The position numbers were made by a program, and so were the translations under genes. A DNA stretch of 64,000 bases from Eledone cirrhosa (taxonomy: Eukaryota): positions 24,676,001-24,740,000 of the forward strand of contig OZ024763.1 in the NCBI GenBank assembly GCA_964016885.1, read 5' to 3'. How positions within the stretch are numbered: the first letter of the stretch is position 1; every line of letters begins with the position of its first letter. A model generated the notes under the pieces. The model saw nothing but the letters and a program-made list of their open reading frames with translations. It was not told the origin of the DNA and did no database searches. Positions 1 to 12,477 of this stretch are shown one piece after another.

Positions 1-118
1 GTAAGGATGAAAGGCAAAGTCAACCTCGGCGGGATTTGAACTCAGATCATAAAGGGACGTAACTATGCTGGAAAGCATGGCGTCCGACCCTCCACCGATA
101 CTGCCAATCCACCGCCCT
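1..118 (-). mobile_element. tRNA-derived SINE type A (5' part, cut by window edge)
   Basis: Minus strand reads GGCGGTGGATTGGCAGTATCGG (A box)...GAGTTCAAATCC (B box) followed by CCGAGGTTGACTTTGCCTTTCATCCTTAC; more than 10 related copies in the window. Confidence 0.85.
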
Positions 119-450
119 TATTATATAATATACCACAGTTATTATATAATATACTAACGTCACTGTTTCAATAGCGTTGAATGTAGATTACAATTGGTAA
201 CGAGGCTGGTGGGTCATATACAATAAGATTACCATATATATGAACAATATTACACACTGGGAAATTTGCATTTTGATAACTTCATTGTTTGCTAAAGAGA
301 ACTCCTATAGTTTATATTGTTTATGGGCAATGAAAAATGATGACAGCATTAGCGTCGATAAAGAAAGTACCAACCGAGGTGTAACTCCCCTCTCTTTCTT
401 TCCTTCATTCTGACACATTGTGGAGATTTCACTGGATCAATGTTGGGAGG

Positions 451-832
451 AAGGCGCGTGGCCTAGTGGTAAGGGTGTTGGACTTACGATCATAATGTTG
501 TGGGTTCCATTCCTGGGCTAGGTTGTGTGTTGTGTTCTTGAGCAAAACACTTCTTTTCACGTTGTTCCGGTGGTAAAGGTGTTGGGTTTACGATCATAAT
601 GCCATGTGTTCGATTCCTATGCTGGGTTGTGTGTTTTATTCTTGAGCAAAACACTTCATTTCACATTGCTCCAGTATACTCAGCTGAAAATGAGTACCAG
701 CAATAGCTGGAGGTTTAATACTCCGATGGACTGGCGTCCTGTCCTGTGGGGAGTCTTGTACTCTCAGTCGCTTCAAGCCATGAAACCGGAATAAGCACCG
801 GCCAAAAGGCCTTCTGGCTTAAGACAGACTTT
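451..832 (+). mobile_element. tRNA-derived CORE-type SINE (type B): partial copy plus a second copy with tail
   Basis: Head GGCGCGTGGCCTAGTGGTAAGGG and B-box-like GGGTTCCATTCC/GTTCGATTCC; CORE-like TCTTGAGCAAAACACTT; tail CGATGGACTGGCGTCCTGTCC...GAAACCGGAATAAGC, also seen at 38290. Confidence 0.8.
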
Positions 833-836
833 AGAT

Positions 837-883
<47 letters not shown>

Positions 884-885
884 TA

Positions 886-958
886 ATAAAAGGACGAATT
901 GTTATGCCTTCAGTACGTTTATTGAGTAGTGACGCGCGTTTCGCTATTGATCAGCTCA
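886..958 (-). mobile_element. Penelope-like remnant with the 3' half of an HHR
   Basis: Minus strand GA-GC-TGATCAATA-GC-GAAA-CGCGCG-TC...AATAAA; homologous copy at 9318-9392 (+). Confidence 0.55.
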
Positions 959-970
959 GGGTGGAGATTT

Positions 971-1120
971 CACTGGATCCCTGTTGAGGTTGAAGGTGTG
1001 TGGTCTAGTGGTAAGGCTGTTGGATTTACGATCAAACTGTCGTGGATTCGATTCTTGAGCAAAACACTTCATTTAATGTTACACCGGTATACTCAGCTTA
1101 AAATGAGTACCAGCAATAGC
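971..1120 (+). mobile_element. SINE type B, internally deleted copy
   Basis: GAAGGTGTGTGGTCTAGTGGTAAGG...TTCTTGAGCAAAACACTTC...AAAATGAGTACCAGC; preceded by the same GGAGATTTCACTGGATC flank as the copy at 451, indicating local duplication. Confidence 0.7.
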
Positions 1121-1189
1121 TACGAGCAACTGGTCTTCTTCTTCTTCTTCTTCTTCTTCTTCTATTGTTGTTGTTGATATTGCTGTGAT

Positions 1190-1930
1190 AAGCTGTTGTT
1201 GTTGCTATTGCAGTGTTAGGCTATTGTTGTTGTTGCTATTGCTGTGTTAGGCTATTGTTGTTGTTGCTATTGTTGTGTTAGGCTAGTGTTGTTGTTGCTA
1301 TTGTTGTGTTAGGCTAGTGTTGTTGTTGCTATTGTTGTGTTAGGCTAGTGTTGTTGCTATTGTTGTGTTAGGCTAGTGTTGTTGTTGCTATTGTTGTGTT
1401 AGGCTAGTGTTGTTGTTGCTATTGTTGTGTTAGGCTAGTGTTGCTGTTGTTATTGCTGTGTTAGGCTAGTGTTGTTGTTGCTATTGTTGTGTTAGGCTAG
1501 TGTTGTTGTTGCTATTGTTGTGTTAGGCTAGTGTTGTTGTTGCTATTGTTGTGTTAGGCTAGTGGTGTTGTTGCTATTGTTGTGTAAGGCTAGTGTTGTT
1601 GTTGCTATTGCTGTGTTAGGCTAGTGTTGTTGTTGCTATTGTTGTGTTAGGCTAGTGTTGTTGTTGCTATTGTTGTGTTAGGCTAGTGTTGCTGTTGCTA
1701 TTGTTGTTGTTAATATTGTTGTGTTAGACTACTGTTGTTGTTGCTATTGCTGTGTTAGGCTAGTGTTGTTGTTGCTATTGCTGCGTTAGGCTAGTGTTGT
1801 TGTTGCTATTGTTGTTGTTAATATTGTTGTGTTAGGCTACTGTTGTTGTTGCTATTGCTGTGTTAGGCTAGTGTTGTTGTTGCTATTGTTGTGTTAGGCT
1901 AGTGTTGTTGCTATTGTTGTTCATGTTGTT
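1190..1930. repeat. About 30-bp minisatellite
   Basis: Unit TGTTGTTGCTATTGTTGTGTTAGGCTAGTG repeated more than 20 times. Confidence 0.95.
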
Positions 1931-2242
1931 GCTACGATAGTGAAAGTTATTTTATTCTAATTGTTTTTTAATTTAAATTCGTTTTTTTTTATCTTCCCCT
2001 TCTAATTCATTATCATTGTTATCATATTCTCGTGATATTATCGTTTCTTCTCACATTCTTCACATAGTTGGAATGTACAGGATTTGGGGATCGATTCTTG
2101 GCACCACTGCCAACCCTTTGACCCCTAAAAAACATCTATAAGTGCTCTGGGAACTGGGAATCAAATGAAAGATATTGAACCATGATTTTTCGCAATTAAT
2201 TTCCGCAAACCACTCACTTCCAGCTCGTTATACACACACACA

Positions 2243-2303
<61 letters not shown>

Positions 2304-2321
2304 GCGCATATACACACACAC

Positions 2322-2358
<37 letters not shown>

Positions 2359-2555
2359 GGTGTGGGTGTATGCGGGTGTGTGTATATATATATATGTATA
2401 TGTATATATTTATATAAATATATGTATATATATATATTTACACACATATATATATATATATGTGTATGTATATATATATATAGATATATATATAAATATA
2501 TAGATATATATATATAAATATATATTTATTTGTGTGTGTGTGTGTATCTATCTAT

Positions 2556-2599
<44 letters not shown>

Positions 2600-2908
2600 C
2601 AGAGAGAGAGAGAGAGAGAGACAAAGAGATAAATATATGTATATATATATATGTATATATATATGTATATATTTATCTAAATATATACATATATATTATG
2701 TATATATATATATACAGAGAGAGATAGAGAGGGAGACAGTTACGTATATATGTATGTATATTTATATACGCCTAAATATTGAAACGTGAACATACATCTC
2801 TCGATATATATGCACGAAGAAATTACGTGTGGGGGCGTTTGAGTGGGCGTATAGGTGTGTATATATTTACATACATACATATATGTTTGCATATATGTAT
2901 ATATACAT

Positions 2909-2971
<63 letters not shown>

Positions 2972-3027
2972 TATATATATATATATATTAAATATATATA
3001 TATATATATATGTATGTATATATATAT

Positions 3028-3230
3028 ATAGGAACGAGTAGGACCCCGACGGCTGAGCTCAAGCCGTTTCGACGGCTAATTCTGGACGTCCAGAGTCCAG
3101 AATTAGCCGTCGAAACGGCTTGAGCTCAACCGTCGAGGTTCTACTCGTTCCTATTACCCACTCTACTACCCTAAGTATTGAGTACTTTGGTGCGTTATGG
3201 TCCACCTGGTTCCTTACCACATTTCCTTCG

Positions 3231-3232
<2 letters not shown>
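3028..3232 (+). mobile_element. Fold-back (palindromic) Penelope-like remnant with half HHR
   Basis: About 127-bp near-perfect hairpin at 3028-3154 plus an unpaired tail; arms contain GTC-GAAA-CGGCT..AGCCG-TC; homologue at 20871-21070. Confidence 0.6.
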
Positions 3233-3314
<82 letters not shown>

Positions 3315-3333
3315 ATACACATATATATACGTG

Positions 3334-3382
<49 letters not shown>

Positions 3383-3384
3383 GC

Positions 3385-3417
<33 letters not shown>

Positions 3418-3446
3418 TATATATATATATACATACATATATATAC

Positions 3447-3480
<34 letters not shown>

Positions 3481-3488
3481 GCATATAT

Positions 3489-3523
<35 letters not shown>

Positions 3524-3531
3524 AATACATG

Positions 3532-3574
<43 letters not shown>

Positions 3575-3664
3575 ATAGATATATACACGCATACATGTAT
3601 ATATATATGTATATATATATATATATATACATGCACACGTACATATATATTTATATATATATAC

Positions 3665-3763
<99 letters not shown>

Positions 3764-3895
3764 AAAAATAGATAGATAGATAGATAGATATAAGCGGTTC
3801 GTAATGGCGTTTCAATTAGCTATGTAGCCACTTGAATGAGACTAGTTAAGCCCCTTTATCCAAGAAATCAAACCACAATTCGGCCCCTCACTCAC

Positions 3896-3979
3896 CTTCT
3901 ACCAAATTCTTCCAATCAATCTGGATTATTTCCAAACAGTTTCTGCGGAACCTTTGGTAATCCTTCGATAATTGGGAAC
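3896..3979 (-). CDS. Weak candidate 84-nt exon (SQLSKDYQRFRRNCLEIIQIDWKNLVE)
   Basis: Perfect donor AAG|GTGAGT and an open symmetric phase-1 frame, but the acceptor lacks a pyrimidine tract. Confidence 0.15.
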
Positions 3980-4014
3980 CTACTTGATTACCATAATATA
4001 TGTTTGCCTTTTTC

Positions 4015-4092
<78 letters not shown>

Positions 4093-4426
4093 ACCTGTAT
4101 AAATTTCCCTATTTGTCTCCATAACATCTATTCCCTCTTCCACTATACACACACGCACACACACACACATCTATATATATACACACATTATTTATATATA
4201 TTTATATATATATATATATATTATATATATATATATATACACATTATTTATATATATGTATATATACATTTATATATATAAATATATATAAATAATGTGT
4301 ATATATGTATATATATATATATATATGCACATTATTTATATATATGTATATATATTTTTATTTATATAAATATATATAAATAATGTGTATATATATATAT
4401 ATATATATATACACATTATTTATATA

Positions 4427-4473
<47 letters not shown>

Positions 4474-4479
4474 TCTTTA

Positions 4480-4518
<39 letters not shown>

Positions 4519-4689
4519 TTATTTATATATATGTATATATATTTTTATATATATAAATATATATAAATAATGTGTATATATATATACGGGGATAGTAATG
4601 AGTAAGATTTCCTTGGATAAATAAAGAGTCAGGCTGTAAAAGAATGTTACATGTTCTTCAGATATTGTAGGATATGTTGGAAAGATCGA

Positions 4690-5250
4690 ATATGGTAATT
4701 GGAATGGTATGGAATGGTATAGCAGGGCATGGGATGATATAGAATAGTATGGAATCGTATGGAATGTTATGGAATGGTATAGAAGAGTATGTAATCAGAG
4801 GGTGGAATACGATAGGGAGCTGTGGTATGAACCAGTATTAAGTGTTATACAATAGAGCAGACTATAGAATGGGATGGTATGGGGTGTTATTGATGGTATT
4901 GGATGGTTTGCTGTGAAACTGGAATGTATACAATGGTATAGAGCATTGTTGGATAGTGTGGGATGGTATGGTGTGATATTGGATGCTTCAGGGTGGTATG
5001 GGACGGTATGCTGTGATACAGAGTGGTATGCAATAGTAGGGTGTGTTATGGTCCAATATTAAGTGGTATGTAATAGTACAAAGCATTATTCAGTAGTATG
5101 GGATGGAATGGGGTGCTATGTGATGGTATGGGGTGGTATGGCATGGTATGGGATGGTACGGGGTCGTATCGGGTGGTATGGGACGGTATGGAATGGTTAG
5201 AGACAATACTGAGTGGTATAATAGTATACATGTTGGTATACGGTGATACA
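4690..5250. repeat. Degenerate pentamer (GGTAT/GGAAT)n repeat
   Basis: 5-bp periodicity ATGGT/ATGGA throughout. Confidence 0.8.
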
Positions 5251-5395
5251 GGTACAACCGATTTTTACAAGCATGGTAAAACAAAGTGTCTTGCTCAAGG
5301 TCACAATATTCGGTTAGAAATCAAACTCGCTCGCACAGATTAAATATTGTTTTCCTCGACTTTTTATATACAGACGCCCTGCGCACACGCATATG

Positions 5396-5442
<47 letters not shown>

Positions 5443-5742
5443 GCACACACACCGACATACGCACGTTTCGCGGTCGATCGGCTCAACGTATGATCGGTAT
5501 TAGTCCCGCATGACTCTGGAGTTATCAGCTCGTAGGACCAGGCTTGTTGATTCTCTTCTTAAGGATATCGACTATGGTCAAATACCAAACGTACAACACC
5601 CGCGTTGGTAGCCAGATCCAAATATTACCATTGAGTCCTCGAAATGGAGTGTGCAAAATGGCGAACCACCAAAAACTGAGCCAAGACACTACATATATAT
5701 ATATAGCCAAAACCACTTGGCGCGGTGGTGGTGCTTTTTGCA

Positions 5743-5882
<140 letters not shown>

Positions 5883-5995
5883 GTATATATATATTTAATA
5901 TACACACATTTACCACGTTCTTTTACGCGCTCTACGTCTCTTTCTTGGCTTCCTCTTACATCTCTCTCTCGTTACCACCTGATTCTGTTACCCGG

Positions 5996-6034
5996 AGTTT
6001 TACCCATCTGCATTGTTGAGGCTTCCAAAACGAC

Positions 6035-6068
<34 letters not shown>

Positions 6069-6302
6069 TATATAGTATTAAGGATACTATTTATGGTTAT
6101 GTATATACTAAAACCTTTTATAGTTATATATATTTTAAACCCTAAATAGTGAAAGACAGTAATTTATTACTATCTTATTACCACTAAGATAAATAGCTCA
6201 ATGTAATAACATCAGTTGTTCTACAGAGCAGTTATATATTTATATATATATGTATATATAAATAGTCGATTTGGATGCCTCAACAATGCAGATGGGAAAA
6301 CC
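5996..6302. repeat. About 40-bp inverted repeat pair
   Basis: CCCATCTGCATTGTTGAGGCTTCCAAAACGACTA (about 6003-6036) versus TAGTCGATTTGGATGCCTCAACAATGCAGATGGG (about 6263-6296). Confidence 0.8.
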
Positions 6303-6321
6303 AGGCGATAATTGGAGAGAG

Positions 6322-6376
<55 letters not shown>

Positions 6377-6379
6377 AGT

Positions 6380-6564
6380 TATTCCGGGTTGAATCCGAGG
6401 TAACCACAGTAAGTAAGGTACTCAGTACATAGCAAAGTATAAAAGTTCTTATATAGAAGAGTTTCTACAGGACTAAAACTGTTACATTTCTGAGAAATCA
6501 TCAGAGCTTCCTGATGATATCTCACGAATGTAACGGTTCTAGTCCTGTAGAAGCTCTTCTATAT
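6380..6564. mobile_element. Palindromic Penelope-like remnant with degenerate HHR boxes
   Basis: Hairpin at 6451-6564 centred on TCATCAG-agcttc-CTGATGA; related single arm at 39337-39379 retains GAAAC. Confidence 0.5.
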
Positions 6565-6761
6565 TAAAACTATAATATATATATATATATATGTAAAGGA
6601 ATGTATGTATGAGGTGAAGGCTATGTTTTTGATGGTGGTGATGGCGGTATTGCCCAGTGTGTATCAATGAAAAGTTTCCATTACACTGATTGATTTCTTG
6701 TCTCAGCGAGTTCGAACTTCGCGTGAACTACACTGGTTATTTGCTTGTCTTTTTTTTTCAC

Positions 6762-6801
<40 letters not shown>

Positions 6802-6908
6802 TCAAATACACACACATATATATCTACATATATATAGCCATATATATATATGGGTATATATATGTAGATAAATATATGTGTGTATATATATATATATCCA
6901 TATATATC

Positions 6909-6942
<34 letters not shown>

Positions 6943-7959
6943 AAAGGTATATATTCCAGCCATTAGTCGTGCATATTATGAATATATAAACAGAAACAGC
7001 TATATCTATAAATATCTGTACATTTATCTATCCATATATACACACATATATATACATAAACATGTATATATATATATATGGTTTCTATATATATATATGG
7101 TTTCTATTCCTCTATACTGTGTCACAAACATTTATACATATATCCATATATATATATACGCATATATATAGATATCTACATAAGTACATTTATCATACAG
7201 TTATATACACCCACAGCACATAAATGCACACATAAATGCATACATAAATAACTCCTAAATACTAAAACTTACAAATATACATACACGCATATACATACTC
7301 ATATATACATAAAGACATATATATGTATACGCACTAATATACATACATTCATAAATTCATACTCGTAAAAATATATATACATGTTGGCACAAATACTTTT
7401 ACATTCATAAATATATACACGTACATATATACATACACATATACATACACATATACATACACTTATACACTGATACATACATGTACTTACATCGACACAT
7501 ATACATATACATACACACACACATACACTTATACACATAGATACATACATGTACTTACATCGACACATATACATATACATACACACATCCATACACTTAT
7601 ACACATAGATACATACACGTACTTACATCGACACATATACATATACATACACACATACATACACCTACATACATATATACATACACTTACACGCATATAT
7701 ACAACCACATACAAATAAACCTACTCACATACACACACATACATACCCATAAACACACACGTACACACTTACACATACATATACTAACACGCCCATCACA
7801 CTGACACACACACATACAGAGTGACTCACACCACACAGTGACTCACACACAAACATATACAATTACACACATACACAATGGCATACGCACGTATAAAAAA
7901 CACATACATACTGACACACACTTACACACAAATACGAACTGACACACACACACACACAC

Positions 7960-8400
7960 ACACATAGACACTCGCACGCTTACACACACAGACACACTCC
8001 CACACAGACATACCCACACACACAAACAAACACCCGCACACAGACGCACAGCCGTACACACACAGACACACTAACACTCAGACATACACAAACACACAGC
8101 CGTACACTCACAGACGTACACACACACGTACACACACAGCCGTACACACAGAGACACACTAACACACAAACACACAGAGACACTCGCACGCTTACACACA
8201 CAGACACACTCCCACACAGACATACCCACACACACAAACAAACACCCGCACACAGACGCACAGCCGTACACACACAGACACACTAACACTCAGACATACA
8301 CAAACACACAGCCGTACACTCACAGACGTACACACACACGTACACACACAGCCGTACACACAGAGACACACTAACACACAAACACACAGAGACACACTAA
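7960..8400. repeat. 212-bp tandem duplication within a CA-rich region
   Basis: Identical blocks recur at 212-bp spacing (pseudo-ORF starts at 8061 and 8273). Confidence 0.85.
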
Positions 8401-8918
8401 CATACAGACAAACACACACACACACACACACACATACACACACACAGAAACATACAGGCGTACACACACAGAGACGCACTAACACACAGACATTCACACA
8501 TACATACACAGACATACAGACACACATACACAACCACGCAGACATACACACACAGACACACACCCACAGCCACGAACACACACAGGCACACACAAACACA
8601 CATCCACACACACAACTGTAGTACAACGTCCATCTTTTCTCTCCAATACCATAACATCAATCAGTCTGCCATGTTTCTTTTTTGTTCTTCCTCAATCTCT
8701 TCTACTTTTTTAGCCATATCACTATCTCAAAAATTATGTTTTTTCCCAAAACGGTCTGCTTGGTGCCACTGGAAACATGTCTACTGAAGAATTGCTTCTC
8801 CTAGCAGAATAATGCCAATATCTAAGGTTTCTTTCTTTATATTCTCTGGCTATGGTTCACTAATCTCGTTTATCAAATAATTCTTAGAAAAATGGTTCAC
8901 TTAAGTGCCTGCGTGTAT

Positions 8919-8968
<50 letters not shown>

Positions 8969-8984
8969 GTGTGTGTATGTGTAC

Positions 8985-9091
8985 GTGGACAGATAACAAA
9001 GCAAACGACACAGTACGATTAAGAAATATATTAGTTTAACGCTTGAAATAATAGGAAAAGAGTCTTGATGTTTCGGACACTATTCCTTCAT
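8985..9091 (-). mobile_element. Penelope-like remnant, truncated HHR
   Basis: Minus strand ATGA-A-GGA-ATAGTG-TCC-GAAA-CA-TC, with the 5' CTG lost at a (TA)n junction. Confidence 0.4.
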
Positions 9092-9317
9092 ATATATATA
9101 ACTTTGATAGCTTTGATAGATTTTAACCAGTACTGGCCCAGGCCATGTCTAACTTAATAGCACCACCTGGCAAAGTCTTACAAATCAGTGTTTGGGCACC
9201 ATGGCCCACTCGAGCAGAAAGTTATTGTTTACGGAGGCATATCCGGGTGTAGGGGGGTTATCCGGGATTTCTTGAAGGAATTTATATATATATATATCCC
9301 GACTGTACAGATCGAAC

Positions 9318-9444
9318 CTTGAGCTGATCAATTGCGAAACGCGCGTCACCAATCAATAAACGTAATGAGGGCTTGACAAATCGTCCTTGCATTATATATA
9401 TACGTGTATATATATATAATGCAAGGACGATTTGTTAAGCCCTC
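9318..9444 (+). mobile_element. Penelope-like remnant with half HHR and fold-back tail
   Basis: TGA-GC-TGATCAATT-GC-GAAA-CGCGCG-TC, then AATAAA, then a palindrome at 9367-9444 centred on (TA)n. Confidence 0.55.
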
Positions 9445-9518
9445 CAATTGCTAATACTACTATTGGTCGCAACTCCAGGTAGAAGGAGCAACGTGAAATA
9501 AAGTGTCTTGCTCAAGGA
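9445..9518 (-). mobile_element. SINE type B' fragment (CORE plus tail)
   Basis: Matches the internal part of the full copy at 34616-34835. Confidence 0.75.
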
Positions 9519-9576
9519 GATAGAGCGTCTGTGATGTTTGCTCTGATCAGAGCAAACATCACGGACGCTCTATCTC
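9517..9576. repeat. 60-bp palindrome with one mismatch
   Basis: GAGATAGAGCGTCTGTGATGTTTGCTCTGA|TCAGAGCAAACATCACGGACGCTCTATCTC. Confidence 0.95.
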
Positions 9577-9904
9577 AAAATTATTTTTGAAAAGCATTTA
9601 GAAATGCGCAACCGGTAAAACTTAAAACCAAAACTGAATACTAACCAATCCAATTACTAATTCTCACTTATTCCTAATTAAACTATTTTTCACTGTGAAC
9701 AATTTGTCAGCATTTTCTATTCCGTTTACCAATATATAATAACTTGTGTGTTACACCTCTATTCTTTTAACTATATATATATTATGTATATATATATATA
9801 TATATATATATACGTATATATATAGAGAGAGAGAGAGTGAGAGAGGGAGAGAGAGATCAGATTGGAGGTGGTAAAAACCAGTTAGATCATATTCTCATAG
9901 TGTT

Positions 9905-10228
9905 GGTTTCTGTTTTAGGCACAAGGCCAACAATTTTGGGTGAGAGGAAAGTCGATTAAATCGACCCCAGTGCATCACTGGTGCTTTATTTTATCGACCC
10001 CATAAAGATGAAAGGCAAAGCTAACCTCAGCAGTATTTGAACTCAGTTCGTAAAGGGCCGTAACTCTATGCCATAAAGCATATTGTCCGACGCTCTACCG
10101 ACTTTTCATGAGGAGGAAAGGCATCGCTAACCTCAGCAGGATTTGAACTCAGATCGTAAAGGGCCGTAACTCTATGCTATAAAGCATATTGTCCGATGCT
10201 CTACCGACTCTGCCACTCCAGCGCCCTC
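9905..10228 (-). mobile_element. Two tandem SINE type A copies
   Basis: GGCACAAGGCC..TTTATCGACCCC..AAAGGCAAAG..ATTTGAACTCAG; the head region occurs twice. Confidence 0.85.
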
Positions 10229-10458
10229 CTGTAAACTGAAATAAGGAGGACTATTTCTCATCAATATTCAGCATTAATTCAATGACATTACAACGAGTCA
10301 GAGATGTTGTAACAATTACGAAAACACGTTCTAATTTGCATATTTCTAGTGTCTTCTTCTTCTTCTTCTTCTTCTTCTTCTTCTTCTTCTTCTTCTCTTT
10401 TTTTGTCGTCGTTATCTTATATTCTTCTTCTTCGCCGACTTATTTTTAGGAAGGTCGT

Positions 10459-10507
<49 letters not shown>
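10459..10507 (+). repeat. Poly-G run (49 G)
   Basis: Direct count. Confidence 0.9.
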
Positions 10508-10509
<2 letters not shown>

Positions 10510-10817
10510 TTCCCTCAAACAACCCTTCCAGAGGGACCTGTCAGAAGAAACTGTCTCTAAATGACTCGGCAGGGTCCCCAAGAGAGTTGTTAATTAAATT
10601 CAAGAATTGCAGGAGTTGATTTCAGTAATGCGCCAGCTTCAGCATTCGCTCATCAGAAAAAGGGAGGTTGGTGTAAAAAGCCAAACTCTTCTTATTCAAT
10701 TCGATATTCGCGCCAACCCTAATCTAAACTATAATATAGGAAGGTCTGCGGGATTGCGTACGTTTTTGTTTTTTTTTATCCTGTTTGTAAAATAAGTTGG
10801 ATTACTTTGAATAAATA

Positions 10818-11004
10818 AGTGTTTCTACTTTAGGCACAAGGCCAGCAATTATCCAGTGCATTACTGGTACTTTATTTTATCGACCCCGTAAGGATGAAAG
10901 GCAAAGTCAACCTCGGCGGGATTTGAACTCAGATCGTAAAGGGACGTAACTATGCTGGAAAGCATGGCGTCCGACCCTCTACTGATACTGCCAATCCACC
11001 GCCA
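10818..11004 (-). mobile_element. SINE type A, full length
   Basis: Near-identical to 1-118 and extends to the tail GGCCTTGTGCCTAAAGTAGAAAC. Confidence 0.9.
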
Positions 11005-11511
11005 TTTATAAATTATAAATGAATATTACATAATTTATCTACTAAATTTCGTGGCTGTTCATTAAATATACTTTGTTTATTTAAAGATTCACTTCTTTAA
11101 AATTTCTGAAATGTCAACACTTCCGGTAGCGATCATTTAAATAACATACTAATTTTCCGTCACTAGTTTTCACCAAATGCAGTTTATATATAATATGGTC
11201 TTGTTTAATATATCATGGATTACTTTACTGATTACATAAGACAGTGTAACGCAGTCTTCGTTCAATTTCTATGTATTATATATTGTCAATTACGATTTTA
11301 TTTGATGTATCATATCTACATCTATATATACCTGCGTATACTATCAATATACACACTACACATGCTAGCAGAAAACCACTCGAAGGGTGGTTTTTCTGCT
11401 AGTCTATGGGTAATTACCAAAAGAATACGATCGTTCATGCAAACAGCCGAGAAGGGGGTTCCTCCCAGGTATATGTGGAGTCACGATACTTGATATCTCT
11501 AATGATGGTAC

Positions 11512-12477
11512 ATAGGCGCTGAGCTGGCTACCCCTAACAGTGGAGACTTCTGGTGTCCTCGGCCCTAGGGCTACCTCCCTACTTACCACCATAGCCGCTG
11601 AGCTGGCTACCCCTAGCAGTGGAGACTTCTGGTGTCCTCGGCCCTAGGGCTACCTCCCTACTCACCACCATAGGCGCTGAGCTGGCTACCCCTAGCAGTG
11701 GAGATTTCTGGTGTCCTCGGCCCTAGGGCTACCTCCCTACTCACCACCATAGGCGCTGAGCTGGCTACCCCTAGCAGTGGAGATTTCTGGTGTCCTCGGC
11801 CCTAGGGCTACCTCCTTACTCACCACCATAGGCGCTGAGCTGGCTACCCCTAGCAGTGGAGATTTCTGGTGTCCTCGGCCCTAGGGCTAACTCCCTACTC
11901 ACCACTATAGGCGCTGAGCTGGCTACCCCTAGCAGTGGAGACTTCTGGTGTCCTCGGCCCTAGGGCTACCTCCTTACTCACCACTATAGGCGCTGAGCTG
12001 GCTACCCCTAGCAGTGGAGACTTCTGGTGTCCTCGGCCCTAGGGCTACCTCCTTACTCACCACTATAGGCGCTGAGCTGGCTACCCCTAGCAGTGGAGAC
12101 TTCTGGTGTCCTCGGCCCTAGGGCTACCTCCCTACTTACCACCATAGCCGCTGAGCTGGCTACCCCTAGCAGTGGAGATTTCTGGTGTCCTCGGCCCTAG
12201 GGCTACCTCCCTACTCACTACCATAGGCGCTGAGCTGGCTACCCCTAGCAGTGGAGACTTCTGGTGTCCTCGGCCTTAGGGCTAACTCCCTACTCACCAC
12301 CATAGGCGCTGAGCTGGCTACCCCTAGCAGTGGAGACTTCTGGTGTCCTCGGCTCTAGGGCTAACTCCCTACTCACCACCATAGGCGCTGAGCTGGTTAC
12401 TCCTAGCAGTGGAGACTTCTGGTGTCCTCATCCCTAGGGCTACCTCCTTAATCACAACCATAGGCGCTGAGCTGGCC
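11512..12477 (+). repeat. GC-rich 79-bp tandem array, 12 full units plus a partial unit, derived from LINE coding sequence
   Basis: Unit starts at 11512, 11591, 11670 ... 12460; the unit encodes LPLAVETSGVLGPRATSLLTTIGAEL plus 1 nt. Confidence 0.95.

Larger units (their letters stand above)
2230..4586. repeat. Compound (AT)n/(CA)n/(GA)n/(TATC)n microsatellite field; similar fields occupy much of the window
   Basis: Direct inspection; source of the YIYI, HTHT and RERE pseudo-ORFs. Confidence 0.95.

Noticed and set aside
5525-5700. Peptide VVSWLSFW resembling a Cys-loop receptor M1 motif
   Set aside because: The similarity does not extend, there are no splice sites, and the region ends in a PLE-type half HHR
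11512-12477. CRISPR-like appearance of the 79-bp array (also the 54-bp and TCTAGA arrays)
   Set aside because: Units are contiguous with no unique spacers, there are no cas genes, and the context is eukaryotic
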